A stretch of DNA of 64,000 nt from Lysobacterales bacterium (GTDB lineage: Bacteria > Pseudomonadota > Gammaproteobacteria > Xanthomonadales > SZUA-5), in contig JAXMHB010000012.1 of NCBI GenBank assembly GCA_046346965.1, positions 62,797 through 126,796 on the forward strand, read 5' to 3'. Positions 1 to 11,704 of the stretch are shown piece by piece. The notes beneath the pieces are model-generated. The model saw only the letters and a program-made list of their open reading frames with translations. It did not search any database and was not told the origin of the DNA. Position 1 is the first letter of the stretch, and every line of letters begins with the position of its first letter. The translations under genes were made by a program, and so were the position numbers.

Positions 1-2220
1 CCACAGCGAGGCCACGAACCAGGCGATGCACAGCGCGCCGACCGAGAAGATCACGTCACCGGGGACGCGCAGCCACACCAGCGTCTCGACGATCGGGCTG
101 TGCACGAACTCCGCCGAACGCGCATACCAATAGCCGTTCTGGATCGCCGAGGACACCTGCAGGATGCCCATCGGCAGCAGGCACAGCAACGCCATGCCCA
201 GCAGGCCGAGGTTGAGCGCCCAGAAGCCGCGCGCCAGCACGGCGCCATTCCACTGCGCCTCCGGCTTGAGCAGGCGCAGGCAGAACAGCATCAGCCCGAT
301 GCCGAGCATGCCGTAAACGCCGAACAGCGCGGTGTGGCCATGCAGCGGGGTCAGGTTGAGACCCTGCATGTAGTACAGCGCCAGCGGCGGGTTGATCAGG
401 AAGCCGAACAGACCGGCGCCGACCAGATTCCAGAAAGCCACCGCGACGAAGAACAGGATCGGCCAGCGATAGCGCGCCATCCACGGCGTGGCTGCACTCT
501 TGCGATAGGTGTCGAAGGCCTCAAAGCCGATCAGCGCCAGCGGCACCACTTCCAGCGCCGAGAAGCTGGCACCCACCGCGATGATCGAGGTCGGCGTGCC
601 GGCCCAATACCAGTGATGCGCGGTGCCGAGCACGCCGCCGGTGAGGAAGATCACCGTGGCGAACAGCACGCCGGCCGTGGCGGTGCGTCCGCGCACCAGA
701 CCCAGCTTGACGAACAGGAAGGCGATCACGGCGGTGGCGAACACTTCGAAGAAGCCCTCGACCCACAGATGCACCACCCACCAACGCCAGTACTCGACCA
801 TCGAGATATGCGTGTGGCGCCCCCACAGCAGGCCGGCGCCGTAGAACAGACCGATGGCGACGGTGGACAGGAACAGCAGCGTGACGATCGAGCGGGTGTC
901 ATCCTGGCGACGCATGGCCGGCCACAGCGCACGGCCCATCAGCAGCAGCCAGAGGATCAGGCCCACCCACAGGAAGGCCTGCCAGAAGCGACCGATGTCG
1001 ACGTATTCCCAACCCTGGTGACCGAACCAGAAGTTCTCGGCCAGACCCATCTTCTGCATCACGGCGAACCACTGCCCGGTGAAAGCGCCGACGACGATGA
1101 TCAGCAGACAGACGAACAGGAAGTTGACGCCGAGGCGCTGGAACTTGGGCTCCGCGCCGCCGATCGCCGGGGCAATGAACAAACCGGTGCCCAGCCAGGC
1201 AGTGGCGATCCACAGCACGCCGAGCTGGGTGTGCCAGGAGCGCGTCAGCGAGTACGGCAGGATCTCGCTGATGTTGTAGCCGTAGAACTGCTGGCCTTCC
1301 ACCTGATAGTGCGCGGTGAAGGCGCCGAGCAGGATCTGCACCAGGAACAGCGCCGCCACCACCCAGAAGTACTTGGCGGTCGCTTTCATCGATGGCGTAG
1401 CAGTGAGCCCAGCCAGCGGATCGGAGGCCGGCGGCACCAGCGTGTCCTTGTGACCGTCGGTGGCCGCGTGGTACCAGACCAGCGCCGCGATGCCGGCGAT
1501 CAGGAACAGCACGCTGAACACGCTCCACAGGAAGATGCCCGAGGTCGGCTCATTGCCCACCAGCGGTTCCGACGGCCAGTTGCTGGTATAGGTGATGTTC
1601 GCGCCGGGCCGTTCGGTGGTCGCCGCCCAGGCGCTCCAGTGGATGAAGGCGCCCAACTGCGCGCGCCGCGCGGGATCGGGCACGGTGCCTTCCTTCATCG
1701 CGTACTGCTCGCGCAACTTGGAAAACTCGATGGCATCGCCGAACAGGCTGTCGTAATGGGCAGCCACCACGCGCGCGGCGGCGAGGCGGTCCTCGCTCAG
1801 CGTGACGGTCTCGGTGGCGGCGTCATAGCGATTGCTGCGCATCTCGCGGCGCAAACGATCATCCAGCGCCGCGCGCTCGCCCACGCCCAGTTGCTCATAG
1901 GCGCGAGCGTAGTCGCGCTGCGCCCAGATCTCGCGCAGCGCCACCGCTTCGCGATGCAACCAGTCGGCGCTCCAATCCGGTGCCACATAGGCGCCGTGGC
2001 CCCAGATCGAGCCCAACTGCATGCCACCGATCGACTGCCAGACTTCGCGGCCGGTGTCGATGTCGGCACGCGTGTACAGCACTGCGCCGCTCTCCGACAC
2101 GAAACGCGCCGGCACTGGCGGCGCCTGCCGATAGATTTCGCCGCCCATCCACAGCAGCACCGAGAAAGAACTGAGCAACAACAGGCTCAGCATGATCCAT
2201 AGCTTACGGGTACTCGACAT
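1..2220 (-). CDS. norB: Quinol-dependent nitric oxide reductase (single-subunit qNor, NorB/NorZ type); C-terminus cut by window edge
   Basis: Not in the supplied ORF track because it runs off the window. Reverse translation from the ATG (complement of 2218-2220) gives MSSTRKLWIMLSLLLLSSFSVLLWMGGEIYRQAPPVP...SIWGHGAYVAPDWSADWLHREAVAL, the N-terminal extension typical of qNor. Heme-copper-oxidase-like TM segments follow and the frame stays open to base 1. GGAGG lies 5 nt upstream of the ATG. Confidence 0.85.
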   Translation of the reverse strand, partial: MSSTRKLWIMLSLLLLSSFSVLLWMGGEIYRQAPPVPARFVSESGAVLYTRADIDTGREVWQSIGGMQLGSIWGHGAYVAPDWSADWLHREAVALREIWAQRDYARAYEQLGVGERAALDDRLRREMRSNRYDAATETVTLSEDRLAAARVVAAHYDSLFGDAIEFSKLREQYAMKEGTVPDPARRAQLGAFIHWSAWAATTERPGANITYTSNWPSEPLVGNEPTSGIFLWSVFSVLFLIAGIAALVWYHAATDGHKDTLVPPASDPLAGLTATPSMKATAKYFWVVAALFLVQILLGAFTAHYQVEGQQFYGYNISEILPYSLTRSWHTQLGVLWIATAWLGTGLFIAPAIGGAEPKFQRLGVNFLFVCLLIIVVGAFTGQWFAVMQKMGLAENFWFGHQGWEYVDIGRFWQAFLWVGLILWLLLMGRALWPAMRRQDDTRSIVTLLFLSTVAIGLFYGAGLLWGRHTHISMVEYWRWWVVHLWVEGFFEVFATAVIAFLFVKLGLVRGRTATAGVLFATVIFLTGGVLGTAHHWYWAGTPTSIIAVGASFSALEVVPLALIGFEAFDTYRKSAATPWMARYRWPILFFVAVAFWNLVGAGLFGFLINPPLALYYMQGLNLTPLHGHTALFGVYGMLGIGLMLFCLRLLKPEAQWNGAVLARGFWALNLGLLGMALLCLLPMGILQVSSAIQNGYWYARSAEFVHSPIVETLVWLRVPGDVIFSVGALCIAWFVASLW

Positions 2221-2282
2221 AGCCGCCTCCGCGGAGATTTCCATTGCGGGAGGCATGGTCGGACGCGAGGCCCGCGCCGACC

Positions 2283-2297
2283 AATGACCTGGGTCAA
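2283..2297 (-). promoter_or_regulatory. Possible FNR/Dnr/NnrR-type box upstream of norB
   Basis: The minus strand reads TTGACccagGTCAT, with inner arms TGAC-N4-GTCA perfectly palindromic (compare TTGAT-N4-ATCAA). It is centred about 70 nt upstream of the norB ATG. This is a single site, so no statistics are possible. Confidence 0.25.
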
Positions 2298-2433
2298 GCG
2301 GGCCGCAGTTCGGCGGTGTTTCGGCGAGCGCGGGGCCACAGGGGAGAAGCGCGGCAAGGGGCGGGGACCCGGACTGCGGCATGTGCGTGGCGCAGTCGCT
2401 GCGGACCGGCTGCTGCTTCGGCGACTGGCGGCA

Positions 2434-3468
2434 TCAAAGCTGCGGGAGAATCTGCTCAGTCAGCAGTTTGGCGGTGAGACGATGCGGCTGCTGCACGTTG
2501 AAGTTGGTCGTGGTGATGACCACCACCGCCTGCTGCTCGCGGAACACCTGCACCGTATTGCCGCCAGCGCCATTCATGGCAAAGGACTGGTAGCGGCGCT
2601 CGCCCACCGGGAACTGCATCAGCCACCACAAGTAGCCGTACTCGATGCCCTCATCGACACGCGCATGCGCGGTTGTGGAGGCGCGCACCCAGCGGCGCGG
2701 GATCAGCTGACGATCACCGACCTTGCCCTCGTCCAAATACAGCTGACCCAGCAAGTACAGGTCGCGCGTGCGCAGGCCGAGGCCGCCGCCAGCCTGCGCC
2801 AAGCCCAGCGGCGAGTGCTGCCACTCGGCGCCCTCGATGCCGAGTGGCGCGAACAAGCGGCGCTGCGCGTACTCGGGCAGCGTTTCACCGAGCGCGCCCT
2901 CCAGCGCCGCCCCCAGCGTGGTGACGCCCGCCGTGCAGTAGCGGAAGCTGCGGCCGTAAGGCGAGTCCGCCGGTTTGGGCATCCACGCCGGAAAGCCCTG
3001 GATCGGCAGGTCGACGTAGAACTGCACCCAGTCCTCGACCAGATACATGCGCTCCTCGTTGCCGCGCGAGTAACTGTTCTCGTCATGGCATTCGAGCAGC
3101 GAGGACATGGTCAGCAGGTCCTCGACGGTGATCGCGTTCTTGCGCGGATCAGGATTCGCCGGCGGTTGACGCAGCTTCAATAGCGGCAACACGGGCGCGT
3201 CCACGCCCGCCAGCTTGCCGTCCTCGATGGCCAGGCCCACCAGCATGCTGGCGATGGTTTTGGTCGCCGAGCGCGTGTTCCGCCGGGCTTGCGCGCCGCC
3301 CTCGTCAAAATAGTGCTCGTAGACCACGTGGCCGCGCTGCGCGATCAGCACGCTGCTGATCTGCTGGTACTCGCCAGCCTCCACCGCCCGGGTCAGCGCC
3401 GAATAGTCGGCCGCCGCGGCGTGCGCGCACAGCATGGAGATCGAAAATCCCAACCACAGTGTCTGCAT
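2434..3468 (-). CDS. Serine hydrolase / beta-lactamase-family protein (secreted)
   Basis: ORF 2434..4065 trimmed to the ATG at 3468, giving the signal-like N-terminus [20 protein letters not shown]. An SxxK motif (SATK) sits near aa 67, and the overall look is a class-C beta-lactamase/PBP-like esterase. The upstream ~200 codons are Ala/Arg/Gly-rich and overlap the AraC gene. Confidence 0.8.
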   Translation of the reverse strand: MQTLWLGFSISMLCAHAAAADYSALTRAVEAGEYQQISSVLIAQRGHVVYEHYFDEGGAQARRNTRSATKTIASMLVGLAIEDGKLAGVDAPVLPLLKLRQPPANPDPRKNAITVEDLLTMSSLLECHDENSYSRGNEERMYLVEDWVQFYVDLPIQGFPAWMPKPADSPYGRSFRYCTAGVTTLGAALEGALGETLPEYAQRRLFAPLGIEGAEWQHSPLGLAQAGGGLGLRTRDLYLLGQLYLDEGKVGDRQLIPRRWVRASTTAHARVDEGIEYGYLWWLMQFPVGERRYQSFAMNGAGGNTVQVFREQQAVVVITTTNFNVQQPHRLTAKLLTEQILPQL

Positions 3469-3551
3469 GGCAGCCGCTCCAGACGTTGATGGCTGCACGC
3501 TAGCGTGCACACTGCACGGCGTCTTGTACGCAGGCAACCCCTGCGCCGGGC

Positions 3552-4358
3552 TCAATCCAGTCGGTGTCGATACGCCGATGGCGTGCAGCCAAAGCGCAGG
3601 GTGAAGGCACGCGTCAGATGGCTGTGATCGACGAAACCGCAGTCGGCGGCGATCGCCGCGATGCTGCGGCGGCGGTCGCTCAACATCAGAGCAGCGCGTT
3701 GCAGGCGACAGCGGCGCAGATAGTCGGCTGGCGTGCAGCCGTACTGCCGGCGGAAGGCGCGCGCCAGGTACACCGGGTGCACGCCAGCAGTGTGCGCCAG
3801 CTCGGCGATGCCGGGCTGCGTGCGCCATTGGTCCTCCAGCTGCTCGCGCACGCGCTGCAGCCAGGGTGGCGCGTGGTCGCCGTCCAGCCGCACATCGATG
3901 GCGGCCTCGTCGAGCAGCGCATGCAATCGACATTCCACCGCCAGCGGCGACTGCGCGTCCCAGTGCTGCAGCTCGCTCCGCAGGCCCAGCGCCTGCGCCA
4001 TCGCCCCGCTTCCCAGACGCCGCGCGCCGGCGTCCAGCCGGCGCTCCTGTGCCATCGCCCGCCAACAGTCCGCGCTGAGCGAGAGCGTGAAAAAGCGACC
4101 GTCCAACCCGGCAAAACGGTCGCGATGCTCGGTGCCCGGCGGATTCAAGATCAACAAAGGCCCGCGCGCCCGCGCCGGCATGCCCGCTGCCGTGCTCAAG
4201 TACTCGCCCGCGAGCAGCAGCAGACAGTGCGCGTCGGCATGCACGTGCGGCGCCACCTCGGACTCCGGGACGGTCGGCGCCAGTTCGGCCAGGGCAATGT
4301 CACCCAGACGCCGCTGGCGCTGGTAATCCCCATAGAAATGGCCATGAGCAAAGTGCAT
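3552..4358 (-). CDS. AraC/XylS-family transcriptional regulator
   Basis: The C-terminus has the double HTH typical of AraC: [43 protein letters not shown]...[32 protein letters not shown] at 4358 is preferred over GTG at 4364. Confidence 0.85.
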   Translation of the reverse strand: MHFAHGHFYGDYQRQRRLGDIALAELAPTVPESEVAPHVHADAHCLLLLAGEYLSTAAGMPARARGPLLILNPPGTEHRDRFAGLDGRFFTLSLSADCWRAMAQERRLDAGARRLGSGAMAQALGLRSELQHWDAQSPLAVECRLHALLDEAAIDVRLDGDHAPPWLQRVREQLEDQWRTQPGIAELAHTAGVHPVYLARAFRRQYGCTPADYLRRCRLQRAALMLSDRRRSIAAIAADCGFVDHSHLTRAFTLRFGCTPSAYRHRLD

Positions 4359-4472
4359 GCGCACACGCTACGCCGGCCGACCGCGCCCGCGCTGCGTGAC
4401 TGATGGCATGCAGAACAGCTGTCAGGCGCAGCGGCAGGCTGCTCAAACGCGAAACACGGTGCGGGAGCGGGC

Positions 4473-5207
4473 TCAGCTCCCGCCGATGGCCTCGCGCGCG
4501 CCTTCCAGCGAGCGTACGCGCACGCGCGAGTCGGCCAGCTCCCACTGGTCCTGTGCGCGGCGGCTGACGTTGAGACTGCCGCCGTCCTGGAAGCGCAGCA
4601 CGCCCGAGCCGGATTTCTCCGGCGCCTCGTCGGCGATGGTGAAGAGCACCGGGATGATCGCCGTTCCGGCTACCCCGATGCCGGCGACGCGCTGGGGTTC
4701 CAACTGCCAGCGGCTCGCGGCGCGCAGCGCGGCGATCATGAAAGCATCCCGGCGCGCACCCGGATCGGCTGGCGTCGCTTCGATCACCCGACCGTCGGCG
4801 TCATAGGCCACGCGCAGCGTTACCATGCCGGACTCTCCGCGTTCGAGTTCGCGCATCGGATAGCGCGGCGGCGTGGCTTTGCGCGTGCCGACGGTGATGG
4901 CGATATCGTCGATCACCACTTGCAGCGCATCCGGCAACTCGTTGACACCGAGCACCACCGATATCGTCACGGCTGCCGGCGCCGGCTGTCCATCGACCAC
5001 CGCGGGCTCGAATTCCACCGCGCGGATGCGCTCGATCAGCGTGGCCCGCATGGCCTTGCTCAGACGGTTGTGCAGCAGTTTGACTGTGCTGGCGCGGCCC
5101 TGCGCATCAATCTCGACCTCGGCCTGGATAAAGCCCATCCAGCGCTCACCCGCCTGGGCGGCAAACGCGACTAGGGCCAACACCATTCCCAGCAACAGTC
5201 TGCGCAT
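4473..5207 (-). CDS. Periplasmic TonB-C-terminal-domain protein (two TonB_C-like modules)
   Basis: Start taken at the internal ATG 5207 (signal peptide MRRLLLGMVLALVAFAAQA). The segment PPRYPMRELERGESGMVTLRVAYDADGRV is a classic TonB C-terminal motif. An earlier degenerate copy is present (AEVEIDAQGRASTVKLL). Confidence 0.55.
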   Translation of the reverse strand: MRRLLLGMVLALVAFAAQAGERWMGFIQAEVEIDAQGRASTVKLLHNRLSKAMRATLIERIRAVEFEPAVVDGQPAPAAVTISVVLGVNELPDALQVVIDDIAITVGTRKATPPRYPMRELERGESGMVTLRVAYDADGRVIEATPADPGARRDAFMIAALRAASRWQLEPQRVAGIGVAGTAIIPVLFTIADEAPEKSGSGVLRFQDGGSLNVSRRAQDQWELADSRVRVRSLEGAREAIGGS

Positions 5208-5279
5208 ACGGCACCTTGTGTACGAATGTGACGCCAGAGCATAGCCGGATGTCACAGTTGCTCACAAGGACGCTTGGAC

Positions 5280-5744
5280 TCACCCATTCAACCGCCACAA
5301 TTCCGCATTCAGCGCGGTGGCAAAACTGACCCAGGCCAGATAGGGCAGCAACAGCGCGGCGGCGAGTCGGTGCAGCGGCCAGAAGTGCTTGATCGTCAGT
5401 GCAATGGCGAGCCACAGCAGCAGGATTACCCCGAGCGCCGCGCCGAGTGCGCGGGCGCCGAAAAACACCGGTGTCCACAGCGCATTGAGGACGAGTTGCA
5501 CGGCAAACACCGTCAGCGCCAGCCGCACGGCCGTCGACGGACCGCGCAACCAGACCAGCCCGGCGGCGACGCCCATCATCAGATACAGCGCCGTCCACAC
5601 CGGACCGAACAGCCAGTTGGGCGGCTGCCAGCTGGGCTTGGCCAGCGCGGCGAACCAGGCATCCGGCGGAAACGCCGCGCCGCCGAAGGCCGCGAGGAAA
5701 GGCAGCAGTGCCCAGGGCAGCAAATACCAGCGCGAGCGGTGCAT
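5280..5744 (-). CDS. tspO: TspO/MBR tryptophan-rich sensory protein
   Basis: 154 aa with five hydrophobic segments. Family-typical segments: KPSWQPPNWLFGPVWTALYLMMGVA and LLLPYLAWVSFATALN. Confidence 0.85.
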   Translation of the reverse strand: MHRSRWYLLPWALLPFLAAFGGAAFPPDAWFAALAKPSWQPPNWLFGPVWTALYLMMGVAAGLVWLRGPSTAVRLALTVFAVQLVLNALWTPVFFGARALGAALGVILLLWLAIALTIKHFWPLHRLAAALLLPYLAWVSFATALNAELWRLNG

Positions 5745-5830
5745 GGAAGGCCCTCAAAAGCGGCTATCGCAACATGTGCCGCGTGAGGCAGGTGTGCAGT
5801 GGCGGGCTGGATTGCGGCGTGGGACCAACA

Positions 5831-6095
5831 GCAGCGCCGCGGGAGCGGCGCCCTCCGGATCAAAAGCAGGGCTGCGGAGCGGCGCCGTCCAGATCAACGG
5901 CGACGTACTTCGAAGTGCGGCCGATGGCGGCTGCGAGGAGGGCGCCGGTCCTCCGGCGCCTGGGCGGGCGTTCGACGGCCTGGACCCAAGAGCAGCGCCG
6001 CGGGAGCGGCGCCCTCCAGATCTACCGCGGCACCGCGGGAGCGGCGCCCTCCAGATCTACCGCAGCGCCGCGGGAGCGGCGCCCGCCGAATCAAG
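5831..6095. repeat. Array of about five REP-like GC palindromes (GCGCCGC-GGGA-GCGGCGC followed by CCTCC(G/A)GATC)
   Basis: Copies start near 5831, 5867 (degenerate), 5991, 6026 and 6061. Each contains a 7-bp inverted repeat. The array lies between tspO and the 3' end of ettA. Confidence 0.6.
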
Positions 6096-6143
6096 CGCGG
6101 CACCCTCCGGGACGCCACCCCTTTTCCTTTTTCCCTTTCCCTT

Positions 6144-7808
<1,665 letters not shown>

Positions 7809-8020
7809 CGCTGCTCCTGGCGCCGGCCAGCGCCGGCTGATGCATGGGCTCCGCGCGCAGGCGTCAGCGACACTGACGGCCACGCTCGGGACACCTCGGG
7901 GGACCGCGTATGCTGCCAGCAGCGGCCAGAGGCGGCAATGCGGACGGCGCGGCAGCGGGCTTCGCTTTGCGCACGGCGAGCGCGCTATCGTTCGCGGTCC
8001 TTCGCGGTCTGCACCCTGCT

Positions 8021-9499
8021 ATGCCTGAAACTCACCCGCTGTACCGGCGCGGTATCGCGCTGACGCTGCTGCTGGCCCTGGTGCTGGCGCTGAGTTTCCA
8101 GGGTGGGCGCGGCCTGTGGGGGCCGGACGAAGGCCGCTACAGCAATATCGCGCTGCAGATGGTCGATTCCGGCGACTGGCTGACGCCGCGGCGCCACCCG
8201 GCCTACGAGCACTGGGCGAAGCCGCCGCTGACCTACTGGGCGATTGCGGCGAGCGTGCAGACTTTCGGGCGCAGCGAGGCCGCGCTGCGGCTGCCGAACG
8301 CGCTGTCCTATGTCGCCACCGCCTTTCTGCTGGTGCTGCTGGGGCTGCGGCTGCTGCCGGCGGCGCCGTGGCTGCCGGCGCTGATCTTCGTCACCAGTCC
8401 GGTGCCCTTCGGCGCCGGCAACTGGATCAACACCGACTATTTGCTCACTGCCTTCGAAACCCTGGCGATGCTCGGCTATGTGCATCTGCTGCAGGCCACG
8501 GATGCGCGCGCTGCAGGACGCGCTCGGGCGCTGCTGTGGACTGGCCTGGGGCTGGCCTTCATGACCAAGGGGCCGCCCGGTCTGCTGCCGCTGCTGCCAA
8601 TGCTGGTGTACGCGCGTCTGCAGCCGGCGCCGCGGCCGCGCGTGTTCAGCCTCACCGCGCTGTTGCTGTTCCTGGCGATCGCGCTGCCCTGGTACGCGCT
8701 GGTGATTTACAAGCACGAAGGCTTGCTCGGCTATTTCCTCGGCTACGAGGTCTACGGCCGCGTGTTCACCGACATCCACGATCGCAATTCCGGCTGGACC
8801 GGGCCGATCGAGGTCTACGGGCCGACGCTGCTGATCGGCTTGTTGCCGTGGTCGCTGCTGCTGATGCGGCGCCTGCCGGCGCTGCTGCGCGTGCGCGGCT
8901 GGCCGGCGTGGTGGCGAACGCGGACGCGCGAGGACCAGTTGCTGATCCTGTGGTTCCTGTTGCCCTTCCTGGTGTTCTGCTTCGCTCGCTCGCGCCTGTA
9001 TCTGTATCTGCTGCCGCTGCTGGTGCCCTTGGCGATTTTGATCGGCCGCCGCCTGCACCCGTTCAATCGGCATCGGCTGCGGCAAATCACCTGGACCGCG
9101 CTGATCAGCGCCGCCGTGCTGCTGGCCGGCAAGGCGCTGGGGCCGGACTGGGCGCCGCACGCCAAGGATGCGCGCGAACTGGCCGGCACCATCGATGCCC
9201 ACTGGACGCAGCGCCCGCGCGAGATCGTGTTCGTCGAGGAATCGGCCTTCTACGGTCTGTATTTCTATCTGGGCGCGCCAGTAACCCGCGTCAGCCTCGC
9301 CGCCCGCGACGATCCCGCCTACGACGCGCCGCTGGCGCGCGTCGTCGATTCCGATGCCACGCGCGTGTGGGTCACCACCGCCAATCGCATCGAGCGCCTG
9401 CAGGCGGCGCTGGCGCCGCAAGGCCTGCGCTTTGAACAGCGCGCCAGCCTGGAGCGCTATGTGTTCGGCAGCGTGGTGGCGGCGCCGGCGGGCTCCTGA
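8021..9499 (+). CDS. Glycosyltransferase family 39 (ArnT/PMT-like) integral membrane protein
   Basis: ATG at 8021. The N-terminal loop motif GLWGPDEGRYSNIALQM...W..KPPLTYW is typical of ArnT/PMT-type lipid-linked-sugar transferases. More than 10 hydrophobic segments. Confidence 0.8.
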   Translation: MPETHPLYRRGIALTLLLALVLALSFQGGRGLWGPDEGRYSNIALQMVDSGDWLTPRRHPAYEHWAKPPLTYWAIAASVQTFGRSEAALRLPNALSYVATAFLLVLLGLRLLPAAPWLPALIFVTSPVPFGAGNWINTDYLLTAFETLAMLGYVHLLQATDARAAGRARALLWTGLGLAFMTKGPPGLLPLLPMLVYARLQPAPRPRVFSLTALLLFLAIALPWYALVIYKHEGLLGYFLGYEVYGRVFTDIHDRNSGWTGPIEVYGPTLLIGLLPWSLLLMRRLPALLRVRGWPAWWRTRTREDQLLILWFLLPFLVFCFARSRLYLYLLPLLVPLAILIGRRLHPFNRHRLRQITWTALISAAVLLAGKALGPDWAPHAKDARELAGTIDAHWTQRPREIVFVEESAFYGLYFYLGAPVTRVSLAARDDPAYDAPLARVVDSDATRVWVTTANRIERLQAALAPQGLRFEQRASLERYVFGSVVAAPAGS

Positions 9500-9501
9500 A
9501 C

Positions 9502-10410
9502 TCAGCGCGGCGCGAGTCGGCGGATCCAGTAGCTGCCACCGCCGAAAGCCGCGCCATTGGGCAGCGCCAGCGCCGTGCGTACCGCGTCCGGGAAGCGCGT
9601 GTAGGCGTAATCGCAGCCGAACACGGTTTCGAAAGCGGTCGAGTACATCAGCAGCGCGCGCAGCAGGTAGAGCTCGTTCCAGCTGCGGTTTTCCTGGATT
9701 GCCCACTCCGGCTTGTACTCATTGGGCAGCGGAATGTCGTGGATGTGGATCAGCACGCCGGGCGCCAACCGCGGCAACACCTCGAAAAACAGGTGGTTGA
9801 CGTCGCTGCCGGTCTTGCAGACGTGCGAGGAGTCGATGAACAGAAAATCCCCGGCCTGCAGGCGCTCGTAGACGGTCATCGGCACGCGCTGGACCGGCTG
9901 CACGATCACCTCGCGGATGCCGGGCACGCCGCGCTGCAGAAAGGCGCGCGGATAGGGCTCGATGCAGCGGATCTCGCAGGCGCCGTCGAGGAAGCGCTGA
10001 TTCACATCGGCCATCAGCATCGAGGAATAGCCCGAACCCACCTCGACGATGCGCCGCGGCCTGAGCTCGCGCATGAACACGAACAGCGCGCGCGAATCCA
10101 GCCAGCCAAACTGCGAGTTGGCCGTGTAGTAGTGGGTCAGCGCCTCGTCCGCCGAGCCGTGCTCGGGGTAGTCATAGGCCGGCAGCTGGCGCGGAAACCA
10201 TTCGCGCAGGATGGTCAGGTGCATCGCATCGTTGAAGTCGACGCCGAGCACCGGCGCCAGTGGCTGCCGCCAGATTTCGTCCTGGCGCTGCCACAGCTCG
10301 TGCGGATTGCACACGGGCGAGTAGAAGTGGCCGTTGGGGTGGGCCGAGTGCACCTCGTCCCTCAGCCCGAGCAGGATCGCGATCGAACGCCGGAGTCCCA
10401 TTAGTCCCAC
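9502..10410 (-). CDS. Class I SAM-dependent methyltransferase (Methyltransf_24-like)
   Basis: Motif I is IVEVGSGYSS and post-I is D..FIDSSH. The start is either GTG 10410 or ATG 10401, and both overlap the stop of the upstream oxygenase. Confidence 0.75.
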   Translation of the reverse strand: MGLMGLRRSIAILLGLRDEVHSAHPNGHFYSPVCNPHELWQRQDEIWRQPLAPVLGVDFNDAMHLTILREWFPRQLPAYDYPEHGSADEALTHYYTANSQFGWLDSRALFVFMRELRPRRIVEVGSGYSSMLMADVNQRFLDGACEIRCIEPYPRAFLQRGVPGIREVIVQPVQRVPMTVYERLQAGDFLFIDSSHVCKTGSDVNHLFFEVLPRLAPGVLIHIHDIPLPNEYKPEWAIQENRSWNELYLLRALLMYSTAFETVFGCDYAYTRFPDAVRTALALPNGAAFGGGSYWIRRLAPR

Positions 10411-11657
10411 ACCATGCTGATCGGGCGCCAGGCCAGCGCGCGGTCGTCCGGCTGCCCGTGCTCGCTGGGTTTGAAGGTGTGACTGCTGTGCACATGGACC
10501 GTGGCCTGCGCCTCGGGTTCCAGCGGCGCGTCGAGGGCGATCTCGCAGACCTCGCCCGGGATCAGGGCGGCCTCGGCCAGCGCCTCGCCCACCTGCAGGC
10601 GCACGCGGGCGTCAGCCGCCAGTTGCGGCGGCGCCCACAACCGCAGCGTCAGCCGTTGCAAGGGGCGTGAGGCGGTGCAGACGAAGCGCAGCTCAGCGCC
10701 GGCCCAGCCATCCGGGTGGTAGCCGTCGACCGCGCCGGACTGGCGCACAAAGCCCTCCAGCGGCAGCGCCACCTGCGCGCGCGCCTCGGCCAGCGCCCGG
10801 ATCACCACCTCGTAATCGCGGCTCTGTTCCAGCTCGCGCTGGTACAGGAACTTGAGCTGACCTTTGAGCCGCCCGAAGCGTCGGCGCAGTTCCAGCCAGT
10901 CGGCCTCGCTGAGCACGTGGCCTGGGCGGAGCTGCGCCGGCAGCCCCGCCGGCACATAGATGGTGCCGTGCGAGGGCGCCGTCTCCTGCGGCGGCCGCTC
11001 GCGCGTGTACAGGTAGATCGCCAGCGATTTGCGCGACAGCCCGCGGCGCTCGGCCGGCAGATCGATGGCCCGAAAACCGTGCCAGGAGATCTCGTTGGTT
11101 TCGAAGATCACGCAGCGGTTGTACAGCGGCAGCACGGTCTGGATCTCGTCGTGCTCGGCGCTCCAGGGATCCTTGTGCAGATCCAGGCAGCCGCCCCAGG
11201 ACGCGTCCCACTCGTGGTTCAAATAGACGATCAGATTGAGCCGGCGATGCCAACCGCGCGTCGGCAGGATGTTGAAGTCCACATGCGGGTCCAGGCCCTG
11301 GCCATGGACGTTCTCATGGGTGCCGCCGCCCACGTAGTCGGGATCGTAGAGCAGATCGGGAATGCCGGTGATCGCCGAGATCGTGGCCAGGAAGGCCGGG
11401 CTTTGGATGGCTTGATCCAGTTCGGCATAGGCCGGCGAGATCGTCGGCATGTCCATGCGCACGGCCTTGCCGCCCACCAATCCACTTTCGTTGCGCGCGT
11501 AGCGCTCTTCGAAATTCGGGAAGTCCGCCAGCAGGCGCGCGATCAGCGCGGGGTCCAGAAACTGGTCGATCACCACATGCCGAAACGGCTGCGCCTCGGC
11601 AAAGGCGCGGGCAATCTGCGGAAGGGCAGCGGGGAGCTCAGGATGCAGGGCGCTCAT
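10401..11657 (-). CDS. 2OG-Fe(II) oxygenase (prolyl-4-hydroxylase-like) with ~190-aa C-terminal extension
   Basis: ORF 10401..12347 trimmed to ATG 11657 (MSALHPELP...). It carries an HxD...H facial triad (DPHVDFN ... ISWHGF) and an RxS (RKSLAIY). The upstream part of the ORF overlaps comF in another frame. Confidence 0.75.
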   Translation of the reverse strand: MSALHPELPAALPQIARAFAEAQPFRHVVIDQFLDPALIARLLADFPNFEERYARNESGLVGGKAVRMDMPTISPAYAELDQAIQSPAFLATISAITGIPDLLYDPDYVGGGTHENVHGQGLDPHVDFNILPTRGWHRRLNLIVYLNHEWDASWGGCLDLHKDPWSAEHDEIQTVLPLYNRCVIFETNEISWHGFRAIDLPAERRGLSRKSLAIYLYTRERPPQETAPSHGTIYVPAGLPAQLRPGHVLSEADWLELRRRFGRLKGQLKFLYQRELEQSRDYEVVIRALAEARAQVALPLEGFVRQSGAVDGYHPDGWAGAELRFVCTASRPLQRLTLRLWAPPQLAADARVRLQVGEALAEAALIPGEVCEIALDAPLEPEAQATVHVHSSHTFKPSEHGQPDDRALAWRPISMVWD

Positions 11658-11704
11658 CGGCGGGCTACGCAATGAAAGCGCCGCAGTATAGGCAGTCGCG
11701 GCAC

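Noticed and set aside
100-2202. 700-aa plus-strand ORF
   Set aside because: It is antisense to the clearly recognisable qNor gene. The translation is His/Gln/Arg/Asp/Gly-rich with no motifs, a typical high-GC shadow ORF.
3469-4065. N-terminal 199-codon extension of the serine-hydrolase ORF. Similar extensions occur at 11658..12347, 15023..15835 and 23185..23436.
   Set aside because: The extensions are Ala/Arg/Gly/Pro-rich and overlap well-supported neighbouring genes in other frames. Internal ATGs give proper signal peptides or canonical N-termini.
5831-6095. Repeat arrays here and at 50879..51027 as CRISPR
   Set aside because: The units are contiguous or irregularly spaced, without unique spacers of constant length. 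The repeats are degenerate, and no cas genes are present.
7985-9706. 573-aa minus-strand ORF
   Set aside because: It is antisense to the GT39 membrane protein gene and has a non-protein-like Gln/Arg/Pro composition.
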